Shown: one piece after another, positions 8,719-16,941 of the stretch
How positions within the stretch are numbered: the stretch's first letter is position 1
Layout of the letters: every line of letters begins with the position of its first letter
Origin: an uncultured Gammaproteobacteria bacterium
Lineage (GTDB): Bacteria > Patescibacteriota > Microgenomatia > UBA12405
NCBI GenBank assembly: GCA_964503465.1
Contig: CAZCYZ010000001.1
Location: 17,583-81,582 of the forward strand
Direction: 5' to 3'
Length of the DNA stretch: 64,000 nt
The notes under the pieces: model-generated
Told to the model about the DNA's origin: nothing
The model's database searches: none
Seen by the model: only the letters and a program-made list of their open reading frames with translations
Program-made: the position numbers and the translations under genes

Positions 8719-9864
8719 ATGATTAGCCGCAATATTTTTCTTTCCTATCTTCTCTCATTCCTTCGAACCACTTGGTTTTGGCTTGGTATTTGGGTTTTCT
8801 ATTATCTTCGTTTTACCAACTATGCTGGTATCGGTCTTATCGAAACAGTTTTAATTGTCACTATGACTATTTTCGAAATCCCCACCGGTGCCATTGCCGA
8901 CCTTCTTGGTAGGAAAAGAACTCTCTTCGTTTCATTTTTTCTCCAGGCTATCTGCCAGTTTTGGATGGCCTATACCGGTAACTTAACTGGTCTTTGTCTG
9001 GCAGTTTTTATCGGTGGCCTTGGTGGCACCCTCTATTCCGGCACTATGGACGCCCTCGTTTTTGATAGCCTTAAACAAAACAAGCTTGAATCAAAATATA
9101 GCCGTGTTTTGGCACACAGTCAGACCATTCAGCTTATCTCCATGACTATTTGTGGTGTCATTGGCGGTTTTCTCTACCGTTTCGATCCTCGCTTGCCATT
9201 TGTCCTGTCCGGGGTTTGTTACTTGTTGGCCACCGGTATCACTGTTTTCCTAGTTGAACCGTCCGTTGATACCGATCAGTTTTCCTTTTCCAATTATTTA
9301 TTCCAAATGAAACAGGGATTTTCTCAACTTTTTAACCAATCAATCAGATCATTCATCGTCCTCCTTCTTGTCATCGGTGGTATTTTTGTCATTTCCTCCG
9401 AAATGCTTGATAGCATTTTGGGTTATGAATTCGGCTTCACTGACATTCAGTTGGGAGTTTTTACATCAGTCGTTTTTTTAATTTCTGCTCTGATCTCCCA
9501 ATTTGCTTCTAAAGTCAAAAACATTATTGTCATTATCCTCCCCGCCGCCATTGTCTACCTATTATCTCCGGTTTCTGGAGTTTGTCTTGGTGGTCTGTTG
9601 CTTGTAATCCGTCAGATCAGTGATACTTTTTTTCAGAATTATTCCTCTGATTTTATTAATCAACATATCGAATCAAAATACCGTGCCACCACTATCTCCA
9701 CTTTTAATATGGTCAAAAATATTCCCTATGTTTTCACCGCCGTGTTTCTCGGCGCCTTTATGGATAGTCTTGGTGCCACTACCTTTGCTTTCACCCTCGG
9801 CTTGGTGTTAATGGTTGTCATCATCGTATCGGTTAGTCGCAACAAGCTCAACCTTAGGTCATAA
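8719..9864 (+). CDS. MFS-type transporter
   Basis: About 12 predicted TM helices. MFS-like motif GAIADLLGRKRTL after TM2. Confidence 0.6.
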   Translation: MISRNIFLSYLLSFLRTTWFWLGIWVFYYLRFTNYAGIGLIETVLIVTMTIFEIPTGAIADLLGRKRTLFVSFFLQAICQFWMAYTGNLTGLCLAVFIGGLGGTLYSGTMDALVFDSLKQNKLESKYSRVLAHSQTIQLISMTICGVIGGFLYRFDPRLPFVLSGVCYLLATGITVFLVEPSVDTDQFSFSNYLFQMKQGFSQLFNQSIRSFIVLLLVIGGIFVISSEMLDSILGYEFGFTDIQLGVFTSVVFLISALISQFASKVKNIIVIILPAAIVYLLSPVSGVCLGGLLLVIRQISDTFFQNYSSDFINQHIESKYRATTISTFNMVKNIPYVFTAVFLGAFMDSLGATTFAFTLGLVLMVVIIVSVSRNKLNLRS

Positions 9865-9903
9865 CCTTCAGTTTCTTTCCAGTTTTCCATTTATAATGAA
9901 TGC

Positions 9904-10335
9904 ATGTCCACTTGTCCTCGCGGCCTAATCAACGATCCCTACCCTGGTTCTTGCAGCCAATACGTTGATGTCAATCAGGATCAACTTTGTGATCTGTCCC
10001 AAGTCACTACTAGTGACTCTTCACCTCCACCAGTTACTGATTCTGTCCCACCTTCCATGTCCTTTGACTACACCCTAATTATTCTTTTTTTTATTCCTAT
10101 TTTCATTTACTTCTTTACCTCCAAGTTCAAACTTTTTTGGAATGTCATTCTTTTAATTACTTTTATCCCCACCGTCATTAGTTCTCTATTCTATGTTTTT
10201 AATATTTTCAATCCAACTATCAATCAACTCCATCTTTATTTTGGCACCGCCTTTCTAAGCATTTCTTTCTGCCATGTCATTTGGCATCTGCCTTACTGGC
10301 AAGGGATAATCAAAAAAATCTTCTTGGGAGTATAA
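9904..10335 (+). CDS. Hypothetical membrane protein with Cys-rich N-terminus
   Basis: ORF with an N-terminal CPRG...C...C...C region and hydrophobic helices. Its 3' end overlaps the next ORF in another frame. Confidence 0.3.
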   Translation: MSTCPRGLINDPYPGSCSQYVDVNQDQLCDLSQVTTSDSSPPPVTDSVPPSMSFDYTLIILFFIPIFIYFFTSKFKLFWNVILLITFIPTVISSLFYVFNIFNPTINQLHLYFGTAFLSISFCHVIWHLPYWQGIIKKIFLGV

Positions 10336-10682
10336 TTTTCTTCATGCACTGGATCTATGCCCACCTGATAGGGGACTATCTTCTCCAAAATGACTGGATG
10401 TCACAGAACAAAAAACTTGCCTCCTGGCCATGTTTTGTTCACACCATTACCTACCTAATTCCCTTCATTTTTACCCCACTTGCTTGGTGGCAATTAGTTC
10501 TTATTTTTCTTCAACATTTTTTTCAGGACCGCTTCCAATTTGCTTATTGGTTCCTCCGTCTTAAGGGATCACCTGATTTTGCCATGCCTCCCACTGCCCC
10601 TTGGTCCCTCATTGTTATCGACAATATCTTTCACATTCTCTTTGTCGCCTTCATTGCCTGGTTGCCACAAGTGTTTCTCTAG
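10281..10682 (+). CDS. Hypothetical membrane protein (DUF3307-like HxxGDYLLQ motif). The real start is probably at Met 10344
   Basis: HWIYAHLIGDYLLQ motif and several hydrophobic helices. The stop codon immediately abuts the tRNA-fragment locus. Confidence 0.3.
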   Translation: MASALLARDNQKNLLGSIIFFMHWIYAHLIGDYLLQNDWMSQNKKLASWPCFVHTITYLIPFIFTPLAWWQLVLIFLQHFFQDRFQFAYWFLRLKGSPDFAMPPTAPWSLIVIDNIFHILFVAFIAWLPQVFL

Positions 10683-10740
10683 TGGGCATGCATGGAGTCG
10701 AACCATGGACCCCTCCGACGTCACGTCGGAGTGCTCTAAC
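10683..10740 (-). pseudogene. Partial tRNA (3' portion: palindromic anticodon-arm position, T-arm, acceptor 3' strand) of a paralog of the adjacent tRNA-Ile
   Basis: The reverse complement reads gagcac-TCCGACGTGACGTCGGA-ggggtc-catgg-ttcgact-ccatg-catgccc-a. No acceptor 5' strand or D-arm is present. The T-arm is identical to tRNA-Ile at 11006..11082. Confidence 0.5.
10705..10740. repeat. 36-bp perfect direct repeat, copy A (contains a 17-bp TCCGACGTCACGTCGGA near-palindrome)
   Basis: atggacccctccgacgtcacgtcggagtgctctaac is identical to 11092..11127. Confidence 0.8.
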
Positions 10741-11005
10741 TAACAAGTTTGCAATAACCATCACGGATTATTTTATCCAGTACAATTTTAGACTTTAATT
10801 TTTTCAGTCTAAATTCGACACTTCTTGCTGCCCGTAAACTTTGACACTTTTGACTAAACACTATCCTCCACGGAATTCCGCTTTTAGTGGCTCTTACTAA
10901 TCCAAGATTATGTTGTTTATTCAATCGTCTCTCTGGATCATTCGAGCTACCTACATAATATTTCCCAGTCAAACCACTCTTTAGGACATAAATATATCCC
11001 ACCAT
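10736..11005 (-). CDS. GIY-YIG nuclease family protein (UPF0213/YhbQ-like, ~89 aa)
   Basis: GYIYVLKSGLTGKYYVGSSNDPERRLNKQHN is a GIY-YIG motif with the conserved Arg and His-Asn. The start was set at the second Met so that it does not overlap the tRNA. The stop codon lies inside direct repeat copy A. Confidence 0.65.
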   Translation of the reverse strand: MVGYIYVLKSGLTGKYYVGSSNDPERRLNKQHNLGLVRATKSGIPWRIVFSQKCQSLRAARSVEFRLKKLKSKIVLDKIIRDGYCKLVS

Positions 11006-11082
11006 TGGTGGGTGTGCATGGATTCGAACCATGGACCCTCGACTTATAAGATCGATGCTCTAACCAACTGAGCTACACACCC
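11006..11082 (-). tRNA. tRNA-Ile (anticodon UAU) with encoded CCA
   Basis: Reverse complement GGGTGTG-TA-GCTC-AGTTGGTTA-GAGC-A-TCGAT-CTTATAA-GTCGA-GGGTC-CATGG-TTCGAAT-CCATG-CACACCC-A-CCA is a full cloverleaf. Confidence 0.7.
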
Positions 11083-11091
11083 AAATTTTAA

Positions 11092-11127
11092 ATGGACCCC
11101 TCCGACGTCACGTCGGAGTGCTCTAAC
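11092..11127. repeat. 36-bp perfect direct repeat, copy B
   Basis: Identical to 10705..10740. Confidence 0.8.
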
Positions 11128-11144
11128 CACCAAGCTACATGCCC
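11093..11144 (-). pseudogene. Partial tRNA (5' portion: acceptor 5' strand, D-arm, palindromic anticodon-arm position) with its own TATAAT promoter
   Basis: Reverse complement gggcatg-ta-gctt-ggtggtta-gagc-ac-TCCGACGTGACGTCGGA-ggggtccat, then diverges. Upstream (minus strand) is ttgatataattcc 13 nt before the tRNA 5' end. Confidence 0.5.
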
Positions 11145-11260
11145 AATACTATGGAATTATATCAATTGTATCCTTCTGGTAGTATAAGTCGGGTGACTTA
11201 ATCCAAGAGAACTTTTATCGCCGTAGGCGAAATATAAATAAAGCGGATAATCGGAACAAA

Positions 11261-11304
11261 GTGACGATATAAGATCGGTGCTCTAACCACCAAGCTACAT
11301 GCCC
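11261..11304 (-). pseudogene. Chimeric partial tRNA (same 5' acceptor/D-arm as 11093..11144 fused to an Ile-like cgatcttata anticodon region) with a duplicated promoter
   Basis: Reverse complement gggcatgtagcttggtggttagagcac-cgatcttatatcgtcac. The upstream flank ttggtataattcc duplicates the promoter-like flank of 11093..11144. Confidence 0.45.
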
Positions 11305-11325
11305 AAAATTAAGGAATTATACCAA

Positions 11326-11580
11326 TTATCGACCTACAATAGCTCTCAGCACTCGCTTTTCCGCTGTAATTAAATTTCCCCCTTCCAACTCCTGCATATC
11401 AGTTCTTACTGTCTGCCATGCTTCTGTCCTGGCTTCCCTCGCCCCCCAGAACTTTCTGGTTCGTTCTGCAGGTTGTCCTATCACTTTTCCATTCTTGTCA
11501 ACTCCTTTGGCGGCCCTGCTCAACTGTTCATTAACTGCCCGAAACTTAGACAGATCACTCTCTAACTTATCACCAGGCAT
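11326..11580 (-). CDS. Hypothetical protein
   Basis: 84-aa ORF between the tRNA fragments and tRNA(CAU). No recognisable motif. Confidence 0.3.
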   Translation of the reverse strand: MPGDKLESDLSKFRAVNEQLSRAAKGVDKNGKVIGQPAERTRKFWGAREARTEAWQTVRTDMQELEGGNLITAEKRVLRAIVGR

Positions 11581-11607
11581 ATTAGTTATAAAAAATTAAC
11601 TTTTAAG

Positions 11608-11681
11608 TAGCAGGGGCGGGATTTGAACCCGCGACCCCAGCGTTATGAATGCTGTGCTCTAACCAACTGAGCTACCCTGCC
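11608..11681 (-). tRNA. tRNA with CAU anticodon (Met, or Ile2 if lysidinylated)
   Basis: Reverse complement GGCAGGG-TA-GCTC-AGTTGGTTA-GAGC-A-CAGCA-TTCATAA-CGCTG-GGGTC-GCGGG-TTCAAAT-CCCGC-CCCTGCT-A. Confidence 0.7.
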
Positions 11682-11759
11682 AAGAATACGAAATTATATC
11701 AACTCACAGCCTTCTTGACTATTTAATCCGTCCCTATGATAAAATTCCCTGAATCTACC

Positions 11760-11829
11760 TGCGGGGTAGTGTACGGCTGCACGTGAGGCTCATAATCTCA
11801 CAGACCTGGTTCAACTCCAGGCCCCGCAA
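11760..11829 (+). tRNA. tRNA with CAU anticodon, 70 nt (Met/fMet candidate), U1-A72 first pair and short D-loop
   Basis: tgcgggg-ta-gtgt-acggct-gcac-g-tgagg-CTCATAA-tctca-caga-cctgg-ttcaact-ccagg-ccccgca-a. It is convergent with the other CAU tRNA. Confidence 0.55.
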
Positions 11830-12184
11830 ATAATTCCCACCACTGTTTCCAAGCTGGCTTCTTTACTACCTCGTTAACTTTGGGGTATAGGTTGAGATTT
11901 TTATCCTCCGGTGGCAACACCAACCAGTAATCATTCGATCCCCCAAGTCCCAGCTTGTCTCTGGCCTCTTGCTCCAAATACGCGCTACTGGTTGAATACT
12001 TAATCCTTTGGGTTAATTTTCGGTTTTCTTCAATCAACTTGTCAATTTTATCCTCATTTTCGGCTACTTTCTTGGTGGCTTCCCACAAATTCCCCCACTG
12101 TCTTATAAGGTTGACCCATATTGATATAGTTACCACCAATAACACCCAATCCAAAATTGACCTAAATAACCCTTTCTTCATCAT
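11830..12184 (-). CDS. FtsB/DivIC-like septum formation initiator (the annotated ORF extends to 11798 and would overlap the tRNA)
   Basis: N-terminal TM helix, coiled-coil (KIDKLIEENRKLTQRI) and EQEARDKLGLGG motif typical of FtsB/DivIC. Confidence 0.45.
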
Positions 12185-12220
12185 TAGCTTGTAGATTGTC
12201 CTAATTTATGTTACTATAAG

Positions 12221-13093
12221 ATGTTTATGCCTGACCTATCATTAGAAAATGCCCTTGGCCTCTTCAGTAATCAACTAGCCAAAAAGGGTAAATCCAACAA
12301 TACCATTGTAGCCTACAAAGGTGATATCAACCAGCTCGCTGCCTATCTCCGTAGCCAGAATATTACCACCATTGATGCTATCGCTCCCAGCCATCTTGAC
12401 AGCTTCAAAAAGCACCTCATGGACAATGGCTACACTGCCAAATCAGTCTCCCGCAAATTAAACTCCATCAAAAATTTCTTCTCTTTTCTTAAGTCTGAGG
12501 GGGTTATTGTCTCCGACCCTTCCAGTACCATCAAACACCCCAAGTACGAAAACGATCTCCCCAAAGTTCTCAAACCCATCGAATATCGCTCTCTTCGTGA
12601 CGCCTGTAGAAATGACCTCCGAGCCACTGCCATCGTCGAGCTTATGCTTCAGGCTGGTCTTCGGATCAAGGAAATCGAAAACCTCCGTCTCGAAGATGTC
12701 AAAGACACCGAAGTCAACATTACTGCCTACGAATCTCATCCTGCCCGCAACGTCCCCCTCAACAACTCTGCCAAATCATCCCTTAAGCGCTATCTCGACG
12801 AGGGCCGTTTTGATTCAAAAGCTAAAAACGTTTTCGTCACCAAAACTGGTCGTCGTCTTTTGGCTCGAAACATTCGTTCCCTTCTTAATCGCTATTTTGA
12901 CAAAGCCGATATTAAGGACATTAAAGTTAATGACCTTCGCAATACCTTTATCGTTTTCCAGCTCAAATCCGGCGTTCCCATTGATGTTGTCTCTCAAGTT
13001 GTTGGTCACAAGCGTATCAGCACCACCGAAAAATACCTCGAACTCATCGATTCCAAAGAGGAATCCAAGGGCATCAAACTAAAAGAGCTTTAA
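12221..13093 (+). CDS. Tyrosine site-specific recombinase (XerC/XerD or integrase family)
   Basis: N-terminal SAM-like core-binding region. C-terminal catalytic motifs LRATAIVELMLQAGLRIKE, NDLRNTF, VGHKRISTTEKYLEL (R..H-R-Y). Confidence 0.8.
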   Translation: MFMPDLSLENALGLFSNQLAKKGKSNNTIVAYKGDINQLAAYLRSQNITTIDAIAPSHLDSFKKHLMDNGYTAKSVSRKLNSIKNFFSFLKSEGVIVSDPSSTIKHPKYENDLPKVLKPIEYRSLRDACRNDLRATAIVELMLQAGLRIKEIENLRLEDVKDTEVNITAYESHPARNVPLNNSAKSSLKRYLDEGRFDSKAKNVFVTKTGRRLLARNIRSLLNRYFDKADIKDIKVNDLRNTFIVFQLKSGVPIDVVSQVVGHKRISTTEKYLELIDSKEESKGIKLKEL

Positions 13094-13117
13094 TTTAATA
13101 ATTAAATTAACCACAAA

Positions 13118-13438
13118 ATGAGCCAACGATTTGTCATTGAGGCCGACAATACCAAATATCCTGCCGCCGTTGTCCGTGCGGCCATTGAAGCTGCCGAGCG
13201 GTACGATGTTTTGCAACGCCCTACTCAAGTTACTTTTGTCCCTGCCCACGATTTTGGTGACGGCAGGTTTGTTGTCCGAGTCACAGTTGATGGCACCGCT
13301 ACGATTGTTCACGACCATTTCCGTTCAGATGGTACTCCAATTGCTAGGGGTACGAGCAGAGTATTGCGAGCCGGAGAAACAAGTAAGTCTCCTGTTCTTG
13401 TTAGTTTCTCCCCCCGGCTCTCTATTTCCTCTAGATAA
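13118..13438 (+). CDS. Hypothetical protein
   Basis: 106-aa ORF with ordinary composition. The overlapping 13131..13658 ORF is low-complexity and probably spurious. Confidence 0.3.
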   Translation: MSQRFVIEADNTKYPAAVVRAAIEAAERYDVLQRPTQVTFVPAHDFGDGRFVVRVTVDGTATIVHDHFRSDGTPIARGTSRVLRAGETSKSPVLVSFSPRLSISSR

Positions 13439-13677
13439 TCAACCCCAAAGGAATCTAAAAGTAGTTACTATGCCCAAAGATCATCTCAAACCCACTCCCG
13501 ACCAAATCCTTCAAAGGCTCACCGTTTTATCTGGTGAAGCCGAAAACAAGTACCTGATGACCAAAGACAAAAAATGGTCTCGTGCCGCCAACAGTATCAA
13601 TCGAGCAGCACAAAAAATCAGCGCAAGTCCCGAATTCCAAGCTCAACGTCCCAAATAATTTTATAATCCCATTTTTA

Positions 13678-14211
13678 TCATCTCATAGCCCCGTAGGCCC
13701 TATCTCGATTCTCCCACCATAAAAGTTCCATAAAGATATTTCTTTTATCTCCTGGGTCAAAATTTGCCTCTAACCACCCTGAGTTATTTTCAACATTTTC
13801 ACTTCCTATCCCCTCCGCCATCCGTCTTAACGCTTCCGCAAAGAACGGTAATTGACCAGCTATACGTATGTCAGGTTCAACCATTGCGTATCTTGCTATG
13901 TCCTGCAATACGAGTGCCGTTGCATCTTCCAAACTCGCCACCGTAGTCACTTCGGTAAACATCTCTGCTGGTAATCTCTGGGCTAATTCCATTCCCCTTT
14001 CCCCAATTTTCCCTACCAACTCCTCGCGACTTGCTATCTTTGACAATTGTCCTCCCCATAGTCCTATGACACCGTTTTCAAATCCTCGCCATCCAGCGTA
14101 AACCCCAGCCTGGGTGGCATATCCGGGAACTCTATCCAAAAAATTTGTAACCGCTACTAATTCTGCAGATTTTGGAGGAAGTCTGTCTTTTGGTGGTTCG
14201 ACCATAATCAC
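13678..14211 (-). CDS. Hypothetical protein (same strand as, and closely spaced with, the downstream ATPase gene)
   Basis: 177-aa ORF with no recognised motif. It sits 31 nt from the start of the 14243..16573 gene. Confidence 0.35.
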   Translation of the reverse strand: MIMVEPPKDRLPPKSAELVAVTNFLDRVPGYATQAGVYAGWRGFENGVIGLWGGQLSKIASREELVGKIGERGMELAQRLPAEMFTEVTTVASLEDATALVLQDIARYAMVEPDIRIAGQLPFFAEALRRMAEGIGSENVENNSGWLEANFDPGDKRNIFMELLWWENRDRAYGAMR

Positions 14212-14242
14212 AGCTTAGCTTATAATCAGCCAAAATACAATC

Positions 14243-16573
14243 CTACAACCTCGCTCGCTTAGCAATTTCACTTTCTACAATCGCCCTTGGCCGGCCGTAT
14301 TTTAATGACGATAATTTCTTAATCATCTCAGCCATTTTGGGGTTCCCTGGTTTCTTTTTCTCCGCCGCCGCCACGTTAATCGAAAATGGTTTTTGTGGTG
14401 TTCCCTTTAGAAGTGTCTTCATATAAATTTCTCCCGTCCCCAAATTTAACAAATCATTCTCTCCAAACTCTGGCGAAAATTGTTTTACCAGGAATCCTGC
14501 ATCCGAAATCCCCACTCTAAAGCTAGCAATTGTTCCCACATTTCCAAAAACGGCATTTTTCACTTCGTCATCCATTTGGGAAATAAACTGGTTGGCCACA
14601 CACAAATTCAAATGATATTTTCGTGCCTCGCTCATAATCACCGCAAAGTCCTGAGTGGCAAAATTTTGAAATTCGTCCACATATAGATAAAAATCTCGCC
14701 GCTCTGCTTCCGGCGTGTCTTGTCGACTCATGGCCGCAATCAAAATTTTGGGAATCAACACCAACCCCAAGAAGGCCGAATTCTCCTCCCCAATTGTCCC
14801 TTTTGCAAGGTTAATTATCAAAATCTTTCCCTCATCCATTGCCTTCCGGAAGTTAAATGACGAAGTCGACTGACCGATTATGTTCCTCATCATCGTATTG
14901 GTAATAAATCGTCCAAACTTTGACACTATATAATCCAGTACTTCCGACTTGTGAAACTCGTTCGTTTGGGCAATCTGATCAGTCCAGTAACGTTTGACCA
15001 TTGGATCAGTTACCTTGGGTAGCATTGCCTGAACATATGATGGATCAGTCAAACATCGTACCACCTCAATAAACGTTGCCCCGGGCTCCATCATCACCGT
15101 CAACATAATATTTCTAATTGCATGTTCAAACCTGGGGCCAACAATCCCCGTTTTATACGGGTCGTACAGTTTATACATCAAGTTAATAATCGAACTTGTC
15201 ACAAAATCTTTTTGCTCGTCTCGATCACATTCCATTACATTAAAGCCCATCGGTCTCTCTGTCATTGACGGGTCAAAATAAATTACATCCTCAACTCTTT
15301 CCGGCGGGATTCGTTCCAGAATACTCTCGTAGGTGTCGTGTGGATCCACAAAGCAAACTCCCTTCCCGGCCTTAATATCCTGTAACGCCATATCGGCCAA
15401 CAGCCACGATTTACCCACTCCCGTTTGTCCCACGATATAAAAATGTCTTTGCCTATCAGTTTCCAGCATGCAAAACTTTTTTGTCACTCCACGGTACAAA
15501 TTATCTCCAATGTACAAGCCCTCCTGCGGGCTATCCACTGGTGCCGCCGCCTTTTTTGCCTTAAGCCAATAAATATTTGGTGTTTCAATTGTCTTGTTTG
15601 GGAAGTGGTAAATTGAGGCCAGTTCGTCGGTTGATAAAATTGTTTTGTTTTTCCACCAAAAAATTACTGGATATTTATAAATAAAATCTGTCATAAACAA
15701 ATGCTTTATCCTTATCTTCCTTCCAGACAATTTGTTCCATGGCGATTCAAGTTGACCAAAACAAGCCTTGATATTTCCAATATTCATTTTGGCCACTTCA
15801 GCCGATGGAGCGCAGGACACAATTCTGATTGCCGTCTCAAAACCAACCTTGCTACACTTTACCTCTACTGCCTCCAATTGTCTTGCGTCTACTTTATAAT
15901 TAGCCTTTTCAGGATTCGCTTCACTCTTTTTGGTTCCACTAATAAACCCTCGTCCACTTTTGGCCCACTCCCCATCAGTTGGTGATATCACCAACTGTAT
16001 CGCTACCGATTCACCCCTATCAAGTTTGGACAACGCTGAGGTAATCGATGATAACGGGTCAGTTGGAATTTCTTTATAAGTTTTTAGTGGATAAAACGGA
16101 GTTTTTTTGAGTCCTAGCCAGGCATATTCTACTTTCCCAGTTTCGGGGTAAATATTGGGTTCATCTACCACCCGTACGTCTGCTCCGGTGTAGGCACTAT
16201 AAATTTGTTTTTCCACCATGTCCTGATACTTTTGCGGCACACTAATATAAAAACGGATATCTTCGGCCGTCCCTACAATTTCCAGGGAGGCACTTTCTTG
16301 AGCCAAAAATCTTTGCAAAAACTTGAATCTAGCCGATTTGTACATACTCCCCAGGGAACTTAGTATTTGCTCCATCGCATCCACCTTCACCTCGTTGTCG
16401 TGTGGTAATGCTACTAATAGAGTCACTAATCCTAATGATTTCTTCTCTCGGTCTTTCCACCTATACCACAAGACCAAAGCATACCCCAATCCTCCCAACA
16501 ATATTCCCACCAGTGTTAATCCCATTAGCATCCAGATTAAGTTAGTCACCACCTGTTCTACTGTCTCAATCAT
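14243..16573 (-). CDS. Membrane-anchored P-loop ATPase of the VirD4/TraG-VirB4/HerA (AAA_10/DUF87) superfamily
   Basis: N-terminal TM helices. Walker A HFYIVGQTGVGKS, Walker B-like FYLYVDEFQNF. Length 776 aa. Domain order resembles type IV coupling/translocation ATPases. Confidence 0.55.
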   Translation of the reverse strand: MIETVEQVVTNLIWMLMGLTLVGILLGGLGYALVLWYRWKDREKKSLGLVTLLVALPHDNEVKVDAMEQILSSLGSMYKSARFKFLQRFLAQESASLEIVGTAEDIRFYISVPQKYQDMVEKQIYSAYTGADVRVVDEPNIYPETGKVEYAWLGLKKTPFYPLKTYKEIPTDPLSSITSALSKLDRGESVAIQLVISPTDGEWAKSGRGFISGTKKSEANPEKANYKVDARQLEAVEVKCSKVGFETAIRIVSCAPSAEVAKMNIGNIKACFGQLESPWNKLSGRKIRIKHLFMTDFIYKYPVIFWWKNKTILSTDELASIYHFPNKTIETPNIYWLKAKKAAAPVDSPQEGLYIGDNLYRGVTKKFCMLETDRQRHFYIVGQTGVGKSWLLADMALQDIKAGKGVCFVDPHDTYESILERIPPERVEDVIYFDPSMTERPMGFNVMECDRDEQKDFVTSSIINLMYKLYDPYKTGIVGPRFEHAIRNIMLTVMMEPGATFIEVVRCLTDPSYVQAMLPKVTDPMVKRYWTDQIAQTNEFHKSEVLDYIVSKFGRFITNTMMRNIIGQSTSSFNFRKAMDEGKILIINLAKGTIGEENSAFLGLVLIPKILIAAMSRQDTPEAERRDFYLYVDEFQNFATQDFAVIMSEARKYHLNLCVANQFISQMDDEVKNAVFGNVGTIASFRVGISDAGFLVKQFSPEFGENDLLNLGTGEIYMKTLLKGTPQKPFSINVAAAEKKKPGNPKMAEMIKKLSSLKYGRPRAIVESEIAKRARL

Positions 16574-16920
16574 TTTTCCTCTTTAAACACTACCTCTCCC
16601 TTTTTAATTTTAATCAATCGCCACACAAAGGTCGACAACCATCTCCCCGCTTCTTCAATTTTTTTCTTAAATCCATCACCAAAAGCCTTCCTGGTTACTG
16701 GCAGTACTATTTTTGGATTTTGCGGTTGTGTTGGGGTCAACAACGGCTGACCGGTGTCATCAGTCACCGTTGTTGTTTGAGCCTTTTCCACTTTTCTCAT
16801 CCAGGTTTCCACTTCTGGTGGCAATTTTTCCTCATCTCTAATCTTGTCAAGATCCCTAATCTCAAATTCTGGTTTCGTTACTTCTACTGGCGTCGTCAAT
16901 CTTTCTTTGCTTTCGGTCAT
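16570..16920 (-). CDS. Hypothetical protein, translationally coupled (4-nt overlap) to the ATPase gene
   Basis: 116-aa charged protein. ATGA overlap with the downstream gene. Confidence 0.35.
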   Translation of the reverse strand: MTESKERLTTPVEVTKPEFEIRDLDKIRDEEKLPPEVETWMRKVEKAQTTTVTDDTGQPLLTPTQPQNPKIVLPVTRKAFGDGFKKKIEEAGRWLSTFVWRLIKIKKGEVVFKEEK

Positions 16921-16941
16921 ATCAAACAGTATAGGCTAACA

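Noticed and set aside
10683-11144. Split tRNA halves joined by trans-splicing (Nanoarchaeum-style)
   Set aside because: The two halves carry identical, not complementary, 36-nt extensions. No bulge-helix-bulge pairing can form between them. Recombination or insertion explains the direct repeats better.
11798-11829. ftsB-like ORF 3' end overlapping the 70-nt tRNA(CAU)
   Set aside because: I kept the tRNA call and trimmed the CDS annotation, because the overlapping residues (AGPGVEPGL) are not part of the FtsB consensus. The alternative, that the tRNA is spurious, remains possible.
13131-13658. 175-aa ORF overlapping 13118-13438
   Set aside because: Low-complexity Leu/Pro/Ser-rich translation in an alternative frame of a more protein-like ORF. 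Probably spurious. Only the short in-frame tail from Met 13470 might be real, and I did not call it.
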